IMG/VR virus record: IMGVR_UViG_3300006810_000012
Location: 1 to 36,960 of that record
DNA from: a virus
Taxonomy: Duplodnaviria > Caudoviricetes
DNA length: 36,960 nt
Direction: 5' to 3' (one strand)
The notes beneath the pieces are model-generated. The model was not told where the DNA came from, did no database searches, and saw only the letters and a list, made by a program, of their open reading frames with translations. The stretch's first letter is position 1. Each line of letters opens with the position of its first letter. Below, piece by piece: positions 26,809 through 35,829 of this stretch. A program made the position numbers and the translations under genes.

Positions 26809-27021
26809 GTGGCTGCATTGTCAGAAGAACGATTTAGAACAATCGAGGACAGAGTGGCGAAACTCGAAACCAATACAGCGGTTATACGTGCTGATCAAAA
26901 GCACATATCGCAAGGCGTTGATGAGATTAAAGACAACGTGAAGTGGCTAATGCGGCTGGTTATCGGTGCGCTTGTTTTGGCTGGCATCGCGTTTTTGGTA
27001 AACGGTGGCATGGCTGTATGA
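26809..27021 (+). CDS. XhlA-like/holin-like protein
   Basis: Coiled coil, then KWLMRLVIGALV TM helix. Confidence 0.7.
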   Translation: MAALSEERFRTIEDRVAKLETNTAVIRADQKHISQGVDEIKDNVKWLMRLVIGALVLAGIAFLVNGGMAV

Positions 27022-27422
27022 TGAAGCTAGGAAGATGGGACAAAACTGCAATATTAGCATCGCTTACGTTTTTTGCATGGCTTGCTATCCCGTCTTCTTT
27101 ATTCATCCGAGAAATCAGCACTAATGTTCTGGGAGGCGAAGTCACATTTATAAGGGAGTTGCCTCTTGGCCCTGTGACTGCAGAGTGGCAAACAGAAATA
27201 ACGCTGATAAATGAAGGCGGGTTTGAGTGTAATTCTGGCGATTGGCAAATTGCCCATTATCAGGAAATCCAAGGCAATACTGTGCGATATGAATTGCAGG
27301 ATTGGGCTGCTGCTTGCATTGACGCTGGGCCACCTTTTTACATCACAAACACTCGCCGCGTTTTGCTGTTTGGCGTGATACCTCTGCGCCGGGTGGTTTC
27401 AGTTACGGACGTTATTCGATGA
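27018..27422 (+). CDS. Membrane-anchored hypothetical protein
   Basis: N-terminal TM, two Cys; ATGA overlap. Confidence 0.65.
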   Translation: MMKLGRWDKTAILASLTFFAWLAIPSSLFIREISTNVLGGEVTFIRELPLGPVTAEWQTEITLINEGGFECNSGDWQIAHYQEIQGNTVRYELQDWAAACIDAGPPFYITNTRRVLLFGVIPLRRVVSVTDVIR

Positions 27423-27586
27423 GCGCAGCAGCCAACATACCCACGCCGCCCGCGTATGACTTCACAGACGAAGGGCTGCGGATATGGCAAGGTGGCAAAG
27501 TTGTTGATATTATCCCGAAACGCTATTACGGTAATCTTATCAAGGACTTGCTTGAGCAGATGATGAGGGATGTGAAGAATGATTAG
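27419..27586 (+). CDS. Hypothetical 55-aa protein
   Basis: Read manually (MSAAANIPTPP...RDVKND); overlaps both neighbours. Confidence 0.55.
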   Translation: MSAAANIPTPPAYDFTDEGLRIWQGGKVVDIIPKRYYGNLIKDLLEQMMRDVKND

Positions 27587-27815
27587 TGAGCAAGATATTG
27601 ACGCCTTTTCTGGCGATTTAGAAACGGCTGACCGCATTGTAGAACGTGTGAAATCTGGCGTTCCAGCAGGCCGCGAAATGATGGCTGATGAAACAATGGC
27701 ATTTATCCGCGCATACGTTTTGATGCGTGACACGGCGGAAAGGTCCGCGAAGTTCATGATGGAACTTCACCAGCGCGAACTGACTGGAATGGACATAGAC
27801 AGATCACAGGAGTGA
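27579..27815 (+). CDS. Hypothetical protein
   Basis: GAGG RBS; 78 aa. Confidence 0.6.
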   Translation: MISEQDIDAFSGDLETADRIVERVKSGVPAGREMMADETMAFIRAYVLMRDTAERSAKFMMELHQRELTGMDIDRSQE

Positions 27816-28099
27816 CTGCGATGAAATACCTAGTTTTCCCATTGGCGCTGATGGCGTCACAAGCAACGGCGCAAGAGTTCTGCGCGGATCGGCAAAGTCT
27901 GGTCAATGACCTGACAACAAAATACCACGAAAGCCAGCAGATTGTAGCCATGACGCCAGAGGGGCTTTTCATTGAAATCTTCTCTAGCGCGGGTGGCGCT
28001 TGGACGTTGTTAGCCACACGCCCTGACGGCGTTTCTTGTGTCTTTGCATATGGGCAAAGTTTCGAGATTATTGCAGAGCCGCTTGGTCAGGATGGCTAA
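27812..28099 (+). CDS. Small secreted protein
   Basis: Signal peptide (ATA-QE), C..R....L..KY.E...G.WT.....G.SC pattern. Confidence 0.7.
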   Translation: MTAMKYLVFPLALMASQATAQEFCADRQSLVNDLTTKYHESQQIVAMTPEGLFIEIFSSAGGAWTLLATRPDGVSCVFAYGQSFEIIAEPLGQDG

Positions 28100-29233
28100 A
28101 TGGGCGAAGTTACAGAAGCGCAGCGGGCCGCATATGATCTAGTTAAAGAGCATGGCGGGTTTCGTGCCGCAGTACGTGCCGCAAACCCAAAGGAAAGTTA
28201 TGCATCCATCTATAGGAAATATCAGGCCGCGATAAAGAACGGCATAGAATTTTCGGATGGTGCGCGTAATTCTGTGCAGTCTGCCGGACTTGGGTTTGGC
28301 GAGGCAAAGGGCGGTCATAGGCGCGTCTATGATGAAGACGGCAAGCAGATTGATACTGTGCGCTGGTCTGTGCCACCAGAACAATTCACAGAAGAATACC
28401 TAGAGCGCATTGCTGATGTGTTTTCGCATATCCCCGCTTCCCCGCCAATCGTTCAGAGCGAACATTCACAGGCTGGCAAGATTGCTTTCTTTCCGCAGTC
28501 TGACGTTCACCTTGGCGTAGAAATCACAGCGGATCGGGGCGGCAAGGATTATAGCCCAAAGATTGCTATGGAAAGAATGCGTGACGGGTTTTCCCAGACA
28601 CACGCGGCAATTCCACCATGCGAAACGGCAATCATCTTAGACAACGGCGACTTAACACACGCCAATGATGATAAGGACGCAACGCCGCGCAGCGACCACA
28701 GGCTAAAGGTGACAGGCTCACACCGCCAGAACCTAGAACTATCCGTTACCGCTAAGGCGTGGCAGATAGATATGGCCCTAGATCGCAGCGCACAGGTGGT
28801 CTACAGGTCCAACAGGGGCAACCATGACCCAAACACGCCCGACACGGTAGGCATAGCCTTAAAACAGCGTTACAAGGATGAGCCACGTGTAACCATCGAT
28901 GACAGTGAGCGGGAAACATGGATATACCAGCGCGGCAAGGTGTTCTTAGCAGCGCACCACGGCCACGGTATTAAGGCGGAGAAGCTGGCGGCAAACATTC
29001 CGCCCAACTTCCCAAAAGAGTTTGGCTTGGCGCGGTACTGGTATTTATTCACAGGTCACTTGCACAATCCCCGGCAAGATACGTTTGGCGCGTTTAGCTG
29101 GTTTCAACTTCCCGCTATCTGCTCAATGGACCAGCACAGCGCTGACATGGGTTACACTGACACGTCAGCCATGCGGGCGATGATGTTCTGTGAGCGCGGC
29201 GGACTTAAACATGATATGACAATCCGCTTTTAA
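28100..29233 (+). CDS. Calcineurin-like metallophosphoesterase
   Basis: SDVHLG, NGDLTH, GNHD, HHGH, GHLH motifs in order. Confidence 0.85.
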   Translation: MGEVTEAQRAAYDLVKEHGGFRAAVRAANPKESYASIYRKYQAAIKNGIEFSDGARNSVQSAGLGFGEAKGGHRRVYDEDGKQIDTVRWSVPPEQFTEEYLERIADVFSHIPASPPIVQSEHSQAGKIAFFPQSDVHLGVEITADRGGKDYSPKIAMERMRDGFSQTHAAIPPCETAIILDNGDLTHANDDKDATPRSDHRLKVTGSHRQNLELSVTAKAWQIDMALDRSAQVVYRSNRGNHDPNTPDTVGIALKQRYKDEPRVTIDDSERETWIYQRGKVFLAAHHGHGIKAEKLAANIPPNFPKEFGLARYWYLFTGHLHNPRQDTFGAFSWFQLPAICSMDQHSADMGYTDTSAMRAMMFCERGGLKHDMTIRF

Positions 29234-29250
29234 TGTGGTAGGAATACGCT

Positions 29251-29817
29251 ATGAAAATTGACCTTAACCTTGGCGACACGCAGCTAATCCTTGCAGAGTG
29301 CAGGGCTAACGGGCTATCGCGCCAGCAGACCGCCTATATCTTGGCGACCGCGCTTTGGGAAACTGCTTTGACCATGAAACCCGTTGAGGAAGCCTTCTGG
29401 CTTTCAGAGGCATGGCGACAAAAGAATTTGCGATATTACCCGTGGCATGGGCGTGGCTATGTGCAGATCACATGGGAGGTGAATTATCTGCGTGCAGGAA
29501 AGAACCTAGACATGGACCTGACCACAGACCCCGATAGCGTTATGAACCCAAAAGTAGCTGTGAAGATACTTGTGCGCGGCTGCATGGAAGGCTGGTTCAC
29601 TGGCAAGAAGTTGGGCGATTACGTCAACAAGACAAAGAAAGATTACGTTGGTGCGCGTCGTGTCGTTAATGGCACCGATAAGGCAGAAGATATTGAAGAT
29701 TTAGCGGAACAGTATGAGGCGGAAATAGGTGACGCACCCGCGCCCGTTGCTGCGCCTAGCTTCCTTGCTGCGCTTATCGCATTTATTGTTTCACTGTTTG
29801 GAAAGGCAAAGCCATGA
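29251..29817 (+). CDS. Endolysin (GH19-like)
   Basis: AYILATA.WET..TM.PV.E, GRGYVQITW..NY, ARRVVNGTD. Confidence 0.85.
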   Translation: MKIDLNLGDTQLILAECRANGLSRQQTAYILATALWETALTMKPVEEAFWLSEAWRQKNLRYYPWHGRGYVQITWEVNYLRAGKNLDMDLTTDPDSVMNPKVAVKILVRGCMEGWFTGKKLGDYVNKTKKDYVGARRVVNGTDKAEDIEDLAEQYEAEIGDAPAPVAAPSFLAALIAFIVSLFGKAKP

Positions 29818-29969
29818 TTGGCTTTATCATTGGGCTTGCAATAGGGCTAGCCGTTGCTGCATGGCTACAGTACAGGGCTGAAGCGCAGGCAGTAAGCACT
29901 TACATCGCAATCCACAACGGGAGCGCGGTGCCAGATGAAAACGGGAATATAGGATGGATAATCAAATGA
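29814..29969 (+). CDS. Small membrane protein (51 aa)
   Basis: Read manually: MIGFIIGLAIGLAVAAWLQY...; ATGA overlaps at both ends. Confidence 0.55.
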   Translation: MIGFIIGLAIGLAVAAWLQYRAEAQAVSTYIAIHNGSAVPDENGNIGWIIK

Positions 29970-30151
29970 TCGGACCTTTCGCACGTATCATCGCCCGATA
30001 CATCGCCGGGGCGCTGGTGACATACGGATTTTTCACTGCGCAGGACGCTGCTGTAATCAACCCTGACTTGGTGTTTATCATCGGCATGGTTCTGGGCGGC
30101 ATTGTAGAACTTGCTTACACATACGGCAAACGCGCAGGGTGGATGACTTGA
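29966..30151 (+). CDS. Putative holin
   Basis: ARIIARY..GALV..G and E..Y..GKR.GW; two TMs; alternative start at 29954. Confidence 0.7.
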   Translation: MIGPFARIIARYIAGALVTYGFFTAQDAAVINPDLVFIIGMVLGGIVELAYTYGKRAGWMT

Positions 30152-30378
30152 CCCGCATCTATGCCTTCTTTGCGGCTATCGGCGCGGCCTTGCTTGCCGT
30201 TATGGGCGCATGGCTATCAGGTAAACGCGAAGGAAAAGCCGATGAAAAGGCGAAAGAACAAAAGAAGGACTTAGACGCACATGACAGGATTAACAAAGCC
30301 CCTACTGGTGCTGACCTTTCTGACGATGAGCGCGTGCAGCGACTTAAACGGCTTGGGCGCGAATGGGACGGCCATTGA
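30139..30378 (+). CDS. Putative inner-membrane spanin (Rz-like)
   Basis: N-terminal TM plus charged helical domain. Confidence 0.65.
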   Translation: MDDLTRIYAFFAAIGAALLAVMGAWLSGKREGKADEKAKEQKKDLDAHDRINKAPTGADLSDDERVQRLKRLGREWDGH

Positions 30379-30493
30379 TCGTCTACGCCCTGACGCGGCA
30401 GACTGTGCAACGGCGCTCACTTCTGATATAGTTGCGGCGCGGGCGGCGTGTTTGGTATTACTTGAACGCTTAGGCGCGGCGGCGAATTGGTAA
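30281..30493 (+). CDS. Putative outer-membrane spanin lipoprotein (Rz1-like)
   Basis: LLVLTFLTMSA-C lipobox; overlaps the Rz-like gene in another frame. Confidence 0.65.
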   Translation: MTGLTKPLLVLTFLTMSACSDLNGLGANGTAIDRLRPDAADCATALTSDIVAARAACLVLLERLGAAANW

Positions 30494-30503
30494 GGACAGA
30501 GCA

Positions 30504-31892
30504 ATGCAGGTTATCGGATTAAATCTTGGGCTAAAAGGCAACGGCGTTATCGGAAGCGGCGCGTTTGCATCATACGCAGAAAATGGAATTACTCCTAATT
30601 TAGTAGGTGATTTTACAAATTCACTTTATACGAAAGACGGCAAAGCCTCTGTTGCGTTCTCTGATATATTTACGCATTCCCGCTCCGGCGGTTCTGCCGC
30701 AACATACTTTGACAGCAACGGATATTTAGCAACCGTTGCAGGTGCTGCGCCAAGGCTGGACGCTCATGTATGGGATGATACAGCGACAGCATGGATTAAA
30801 GGGGCGCTGATTGAAAGCGCCTCAAGCAATTTAGTGCCAAACAGTAGAGCGGCGGCGTCGTTTACTGCCAGTGCTTACACCAAAACGGCCAACCAATCGC
30901 TAGGCATTGATAACGCTGTGTCCATGACAGAGTTTGCAGAGACCGCAGCAAACGCTTTACACGCGGCGGGCAGCGGCCTCATCCCAACAAGTGTTACCAG
31001 TGGCTTGCCTTACACTATGAGCGGCTACGTGAAGCCAAAAGGAACTTCAAGGTATTTGCAACTGACAAATTCCGGGACTTATTTTGGCTCTGCGCAATAT
31101 GCGACATTTGACCTTATAAGCGGAACTGTTGTGCAAGCCACCTCTTGCGTAGCGCACATTGAAAAAATGGGTACGACAGGGATTTACAGAGTGGGCATGA
31201 CCGCCGTTGCAACAGGATCAGGTATAAATAACGAGATTTTCTTTATTGGTGCTAACACTTCGGGCGCTGCGCGAGCGGCGTCTTATTTGGGAAACACGGC
31301 TAACGGTTTCTTTATTGACCAAATGCAATTCGAGCAATCTAGGGTAATGACTAGCCCAATCATCACAACAGGGGCAGCACTTACGCGAAGCATTGACGCA
31401 GTAACCATTGTGCCTGCCAATCTTGTATACCCGACTGGCTCACCTTTGGCTGTTTCTTTCGCAATGGACGGGCTTATTTCCTATGCAGAAACGGGGACAG
31501 CATTTAGCACGACTGGGACATCGGCAGACGTTCTTTTCTACAGATGGCAGGCTGGCACATCGGCATTTGTAAACGCAGGGCTAGCGACAAATAACGCTGA
31601 TGATTATTTCGCGGCTACGCAGAACAATGCGGGAGTTTTTGATGAGGTTGGCGTACTTTACACGCCTGACCCCGGATATTATCGCCCATTCAATATAGCA
31701 GCTTACCACAAAGCAAACGGCCTAAACTCTGCTCGCAACGGGATTACCAGCACTGAAAATACAACGCCAACCGTGTTTCCGAACCTGACCACAGCAACAA
31801 TGCAGATTATGCAAGGCTCTGGACATTACCGAAAATTTAGAATGTGGGGTGTGTCTATAGAAAACGCAGGAATTGCGAGCGCAGTCGCGTAG
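30504..31892 (+). CDS. Head-spike fibre protein (RcGTA Rcc01080-like)
   Basis: IGLNLGL N-terminus; T.SR...ATYFD..G.L....PR....G.LIE...SNL; Q.EQ....TSPI.T......R..D. Confidence 0.75.
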   Translation: MQVIGLNLGLKGNGVIGSGAFASYAENGITPNLVGDFTNSLYTKDGKASVAFSDIFTHSRSGGSAATYFDSNGYLATVAGAAPRLDAHVWDDTATAWIKGALIESASSNLVPNSRAAASFTASAYTKTANQSLGIDNAVSMTEFAETAANALHAAGSGLIPTSVTSGLPYTMSGYVKPKGTSRYLQLTNSGTYFGSAQYATFDLISGTVVQATSCVAHIEKMGTTGIYRVGMTAVATGSGINNEIFFIGANTSGAARAASYLGNTANGFFIDQMQFEQSRVMTSPIITTGAALTRSIDAVTIVPANLVYPTGSPLAVSFAMDGLISYAETGTAFSTTGTSADVLFYRWQAGTSAFVNAGLATNNADDYFAATQNNAGVFDEVGVLYTPDPGYYRPFNIAAYHKANGLNSARNGITSTENTTPTVFPNLTTATMQIMQGSGHYRKFRMWGVSIENAGIASAVA

Positions 31893-32000
31893 CGATACTT
31901 TACCAGCACAAACGAAAGTATCGCCAGTTAACGTTGCGCGGGCGCTACCACCTATCGACCTTTCGTCATCTACCCATATCGTTTCAGATGCTTCACTCAT
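31722..32000 (-). CDS. Hypothetical protein
   Basis: AAGGA RBS and coupling to the upstream ORF, but a 171-nt convergent overlap with the fibre gene. Confidence 0.4.
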   Translation of the reverse strand: MSEASETIWVDDERSIGGSARATLTGDTFVCAGKVSLRDCARNSCVFYRHTPHSKFSVMSRALHNLHCCCGQVRKHGWRCIFSAGNPVASRV

Positions 32001-32145
32001 GGTCTGTTCCTTTTAGGTTCGTTATGTAAGCCGTTCTCCCACATCGCGGACAATACCACGGCCACAGTAATCCGCTTGGCGTTTCGATTGGTTCCATGTT
32101 CGGCGAGATAGTCCAGCGATGGCCTAGCCAGCTTTTGCACTCCAT
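31993..32145 (-). CDS. Small Zn-ribbon protein (50 aa)
   Basis: Read manually: MECKSWLGHRW...YCPRCGR; C-x4-GH...CxxC. Confidence 0.6.
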   Translation of the reverse strand: MECKSWLGHRWTISPNMEPIETPSGLLWPWYCPRCGRTAYITNLKGTDHE

Positions 32146-32186
32146 CACTCACCCCCTTTGGCTTGCTGCACCAAGTCAGCGGGTGG

Positions 32187-32585
32187 CTATATGGCGCGGA
32201 TTGTTCGAGCGGCTTGCCTTTCTACGCAGGCGGCTGGGTCAAACCTATCAAATACGTCGTTATCTAGCGCCTCCGCCGCAGCATTTAAACCCATCTGGTA
32301 AGCGCGGGGAATGGCGGCTTCGGCTTCTTCCTTGGCGTCGTAAGCTATCGAAAAATTGTGTTCGGCTGCTTTGGTGCTGCGTTCGGCTTCCATGTGGTGT
32401 CGGTCGGCTTGTTCGTAAACACCTTTCCACTCATCCCGTTCCGCCTCTACCTCGGCCAGCTTCTTTTGCAGGTCAGCGATTTCTGGCAGGCGCGATATGG
32501 ACCCAGCCATTCGGTCAACCATCCCGTCGCCAAATGGGCCGTAGCTTTGCTCAAGAACTCTGGCAATACTATCACGTAGGGTCAT
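32187..32585 (-). CDS. Hypothetical coiled-coil protein
   Basis: LAEVEAERD coiled coil; coupled to the upstream gene. Confidence 0.7.
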   Translation of the reverse strand: MTLRDSIARVLEQSYGPFGDGMVDRMAGSISRLPEIADLQKKLAEVEAERDEWKGVYEQADRHHMEAERSTKAAEHNFSIAYDAKEEAEAAIPRAYQMGLNAAAEALDNDVFDRFDPAACVERQAARTIRAI

Positions 32586-32791
32586 GGCATCACCATCAGG
32601 CTAACTGCGTCCTGCACCATCTGCACAGCACCAACCCCCACCAGCCATGCAAAGAAGGCTGCAACGATAACAGCGGTAATCCACGGCCCCCATCCATCAA
32701 ACGCTGAAATGGGCTGTGGCTGCTTTACCCGGCGCATCTGCTCATCCAATTGGGCAGTTGCGAGAATTTCCTTGATTGTACGTTCGTCCAT
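32582..32791 (-). CDS. Small membrane protein
   Basis: One TM segment; coupled. Confidence 0.65.
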   Translation of the reverse strand: MDERTIKEILATAQLDEQMRRVKQPQPISAFDGWGPWITAVIVAAFFAWLVGVGAVQMVQDAVSLMVMP

Positions 32792-33036
32792 TACGGGCGC
32801 TCCTCTGAATAAATAGCCTCTAGGCGTTCAATAGCGGACTTGTTTTCAATCTGTACAAGCTGGTCGCGGGTCAGCACGACATTGCCGCCAAGGTGCAGGC
32901 CGATAATCTCTGCGGCCATGCAATCGTTATGGTTTTCGTCTGTGCCGTGGCTGTGATAATCAACCAGAATTTCGCCGGGTATTTCGTAGCACCCAAATAA
33001 AACTTCAAACATGCTATCTGCTTTAGGCAATGTCAT
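32791..33036 (-). CDS. Hypothetical protein
   Basis: GGAAGGAAGCGAC leader and its own promoter. Confidence 0.7.
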   Translation of the reverse strand: MTLPKADSMFEVLFGCYEIPGEILVDYHSHGTDENHNDCMAAEIIGLHLGGNVVLTRDQLVQIENKSAIERLEAIYSEERP

Positions 33037-33072
33037 GTCGCTTCCTTCCTAGTGTTGCGTTGTCTTGAGTTG

Positions 33073-33101
33073 ATACTAGGCCATGTTGACACGTTACGCA
33101 A
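33073..33101 (-). promoter_or_regulatory. Putative early promoter
   Basis: TTGCGT-N17-TAGTAT with GTGTCAACA in the spacer. Confidence 0.6.
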
Positions 33102-33104
33102 TAG

Positions 33105-33443
33105 CTAATCGCCATAAAGCAGAAAATTAACGCGGGGCAGAAATTCATAGTCTGGACCATTCGCGGCAACCCATGTGCGCTTGGCCGCGTGATAGCCGTT
33201 TGGCCCTTGGTGGCAATCATAGCAGAGCGGGATTGTGCGCAGATCATCGCGGGGCAGCTTATCGCCCGTGCAGTGATGTGCAGCGCTAGGCGGCGGACAG
33301 CCACACACAGCGCAAGGCAGGCCCTTTACCCTACCCATGTGCGCTAAACCGTCCTGACGCGCCTGTGAGGACATATATGCGGCCCGTTTAGGGCTACGCT
33401 TGCGCATAGGCTTGGTGCCGCGCTTAATTGGGGTGCGCTTCAT
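33105..33443 (-). CDS. Ref/DUF968-like HNH-type nuclease
   Basis: Basic N-terminus, LPCAVCG..AHH..TIPLC..CH.G..GYH. Confidence 0.7.
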   Translation of the reverse strand: MKRTPIKRGTKPMRKRSPKRAAYMSSQARQDGLAHMGRVKGLPCAVCGCPPPSAAHHCTGDKLPRDDLRTIPLCYDCHQGPNGYHAAKRTWVAANGPDYEFLPRVNFLLYGD

Positions 33444-33832
33444 GTCTCCTCATAGGGGTTTGGCTCTGACCAAGCGACATTGTGGCGGTCGCCATATTCA
33501 TAGATGAATGTTAAAAGGTCGCCAAAGTCCTGCTTGCCTAGCGTTGATGATGAGAAGCCAATGGGAAACGGTCGCCCATCCAAACCCATCTCAAAGCGGG
33601 TTTCATGGCCTAGCGCCTGCATAAATAAACACTTCCACACCTCCGGCGTTGCCATGCGGCCTTCCGGCTTGGCCCGCGATATATCTGACAGGCTGGCCCA
33701 CATGCGGGCATTCTGGTCTTTGTTTCGGGCTTCCGGCTTGACGCTTACAACGGCGTTATCAGGCGCGGCGCGGATCAAGTCACACGCTAGCGCCCTTTGT
33801 GCAGGACCGCGAAGGATTACGGTTTGGGCCAT
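33440..33832 (-). CDS. ninB: NinB/Orf recombination protein
   Basis: R..DQNARMWA.L.DIS...E.WK.LF...SS.L....F.DL..FI..YG..H.V.W. Confidence 0.88.
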   Translation of the reverse strand: MAQTVILRGPAQRALACDLIRAAPDNAVVSVKPEARNKDQNARMWASLSDISRAKPEGRMATPEVWKCLFMQALGHETRFEMGLDGRPFPIGFSSSTLGKQDFGDLLTFIYEYGDRHNVAWSEPNPYEET

Positions 33833-34341
33833 TATTCTGCCCTACCAAACGCGCCGTGCAGTTCCGCGCTTGCTTTACGATAAGCCAAGTGGGCAGAAGT
33901 AGCACACCGAAAAGAACCGAGGTGCTTATACTTGCCGTTCACTCCAATTCTACACAAAAATACGTTATCACGCTTATTCCACCACACACCCTTATATCCG
34001 CTGGTGTTGTTAATCGGTGTCCGGCTATTGTGTGCATTCTGCGCCTTGGTCGCCAACCTCAAGTTACATCTTGAATTGTTAAGGCCGTCGCCGTCAATGT
34101 GGTCAACCTCTAGCTTGTCTGGTGCTTGGATAAGTAGTCGGTGCATTATGACCATCACACGTTTCCCCCCGCGGCAACTATTCTTAGCCGCGTAGACGGA
34201 ACGTGGTGACACCATTGCGTGCCAGTTATATTTTTCGACAATAGGAACGTCTGATGCGTCAATAACTGCCTCATATCCTTTTGTCAGCGGCACGTAGGCA
34301 ATATTGCCTTCAATGCGGATTGGGCGTATCTTGAGTGTCAT
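33832..34341 (-). CDS. HNH homing endonuclease with AP2 domain
   Basis: MHR....VDHIDGDGLNN.R.NLR.AT..QN, then NTSGYKGV.W...HLG.F...A..AY...LHG.F; GAGGAG RBS. Confidence 0.92.
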   Translation of the reverse strand: MTLKIRPIRIEGNIAYVPLTKGYEAVIDASDVPIVEKYNWHAMVSPRSVYAAKNSCRGGKRVMVIMHRLLIQAPDKLEVDHIDGDGLNNSRCNLRLATKAQNAHNSRTPINNTSGYKGVWWNKRDNVFLCRIGVNGKYKHLGSFRCATSAHLAYRKASAELHGAFGRAE

Positions 34342-34415
34342 TGGCGAACTCCTCTTTGCTGATATGGGCGGGTTGAGTGTTTCAGCACTCCCCGCCCACA
34401 CCATAAGGGAATATG

Positions 34416-35078
34416 TTAGAAATTAACAGCCTGAAAACGCTTGTGTATCTCGCGGACCTTTTCGACATCCGAACGACAATAGCTGGCGATTTTGTCGTGT
34501 TCGCCGTTAGCCCATGCCTCTGCTACCATTGAGCCGTCGAAATCGCCCTTGCCCTCAATGCCTAATGCGGCGCACAAGTTATCCAAACTTATGTTATCCT
34601 TGGGGCCGCACCACCCGTACATCGTATCGAAGATGCCTTTCCCCCACGGCTTTACATCGCGGGGTATGCAGCGCGGTATCTTTACGCCCAAGATGATAGC
34701 CCGATTGATGATAAACCGCAGGTCAAACCCGCTGATGTAGTGGCCTACAAAAGTGGTGTCGTGGAAGCTGTCGATAGCGCCGAAGAAGTTTTCAAGCATT
34801 AGCGCCTCGCTTCTCAATTCGCTGGTATATGAACACCTCACGTCCATGTCATCAATCGCATAGCCAATCGTGCATATATGACCGTGGGCAGGGTCAAACG
34901 ATGTTTTCGATAGCCTTTCCCGCGCCACCTTTTCGCGGTTCTCATCTAGCCATGCCGCTATGCTGTCCTCTTTCTTGTACTGCGCAGGGGCGGTGACTTC
35001 CGCCATGAATTTCGCCAGCAGGTCAGGGTCTTGGCTTGGGATGGTTTCAATATCCAGATATACGGTGCGCTCGCCCAT
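34416..35078 (-). CDS. 3'-5' exonuclease (DEDDy, PolB-exo-like)
   Basis: YLDIET, GH...FDL.F, FDTM, SLD.LC..LG, YC.SDV. Confidence 0.88.
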   Translation of the reverse strand: MGERTVYLDIETIPSQDPDLLAKFMAEVTAPAQYKKEDSIAAWLDENREKVARERLSKTSFDPAHGHICTIGYAIDDMDVRCSYTSELRSEALMLENFFGAIDSFHDTTFVGHYISGFDLRFIINRAIILGVKIPRCIPRDVKPWGKGIFDTMYGWCGPKDNISLDNLCAALGIEGKGDFDGSMVAEAWANGEHDKIASYCRSDVEKVREIHKRFQAVNF

Positions 35079-35680
35079 TATTTTGCTCCCTCAAATGTTG
35101 GCAGTTCGTCACCACCCAAGTCTGCGTTTTCTAGTTGCTTCCGCCGCATAAACCCAGCTTCAAGAACCTCTTTATTCGTTTTCAAGTGGGCGGATAACTG
35201 TTGAAACGAAACTGTGAGCAAATCACTAGAGGGCGCAGACGCAAGAATTTTGCAAGCATCTGCGACACTCATTTGCGGCACCTTGGACTGTTCGCGGTTG
35301 TCCATGCTGTCTACGTCTTGGCTTTCGTCTTCAATAGCAAAGAGGCCGTTGAGCGCATACTTGCGGGCGTAGCTGGATGCCGTGCCTGTGATTTGGCTGG
35401 CGTCCATACCCTTCTTTTCAAGCGGGTGCATAGCGTGGCCCTGCGTTTGAATGAAGTCTTCACCGATTAAAAGCGTGGCCGTTGCCGTGACGAATATCTG
35501 ACCCGCGACTTCTTGCATTGTGTCCGAGCAAGTCAGCGCCGCGCCCTCTACGCCGAGCGATTTAAAAGCGGCAAGGATGCCCTCTGCGGTGCGGTATTTG
35601 TATTTGCCAAAGGTGTTTGTTTTTTTCTTCGGCGCGTGCATTTGGCTTTGAATTTCAGCCAGTTGTGCGTAAATCTTCAT
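35078..35680 (-). CDS. erf: ERF-family single-strand annealing protein
   Basis: K...N.FGKYKYR.AE.I...Q.TG.ASSYARKYAL.GLF.I...D.D. Confidence 0.92.
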   Translation of the reverse strand: MKIYAQLAEIQSQMHAPKKKTNTFGKYKYRTAEGILAAFKSLGVEGAALTCSDTMQEVAGQIFVTATATLLIGEDFIQTQGHAMHPLEKKGMDASQITGTASSYARKYALNGLFAIEDESQDVDSMDNREQSKVPQMSVADACKILASAPSSDLLTVSFQQLSAHLKTNKEVLEAGFMRRKQLENADLGGDELPTFEGAK

Positions 35681-35829
35681 GTCATTTCCTTCCATTGTTC
35701 TGTAGGTATTCCGCGCATCAGCCAAACGTATTTCCGTGCGGCATTGCTGCGCCATTTATGCTCTGCGGTTCCGGCGGCAAATCGCCGCCTTTCGCGCATG
35801 ATGTTCCTGAATAATATCCGCGCGTTCAT
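35677..35829 (-). CDS. Hypothetical basic 50-aa protein
   Basis: Read manually (MNARILFRNIMRERRR...QWKEMT); ATGA overlaps at both ends. Confidence 0.55.
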   Translation of the reverse strand: MNARILFRNIMRERRRFAAGTAEHKWRSNAARKYVWLMRGIPTEQWKEMT

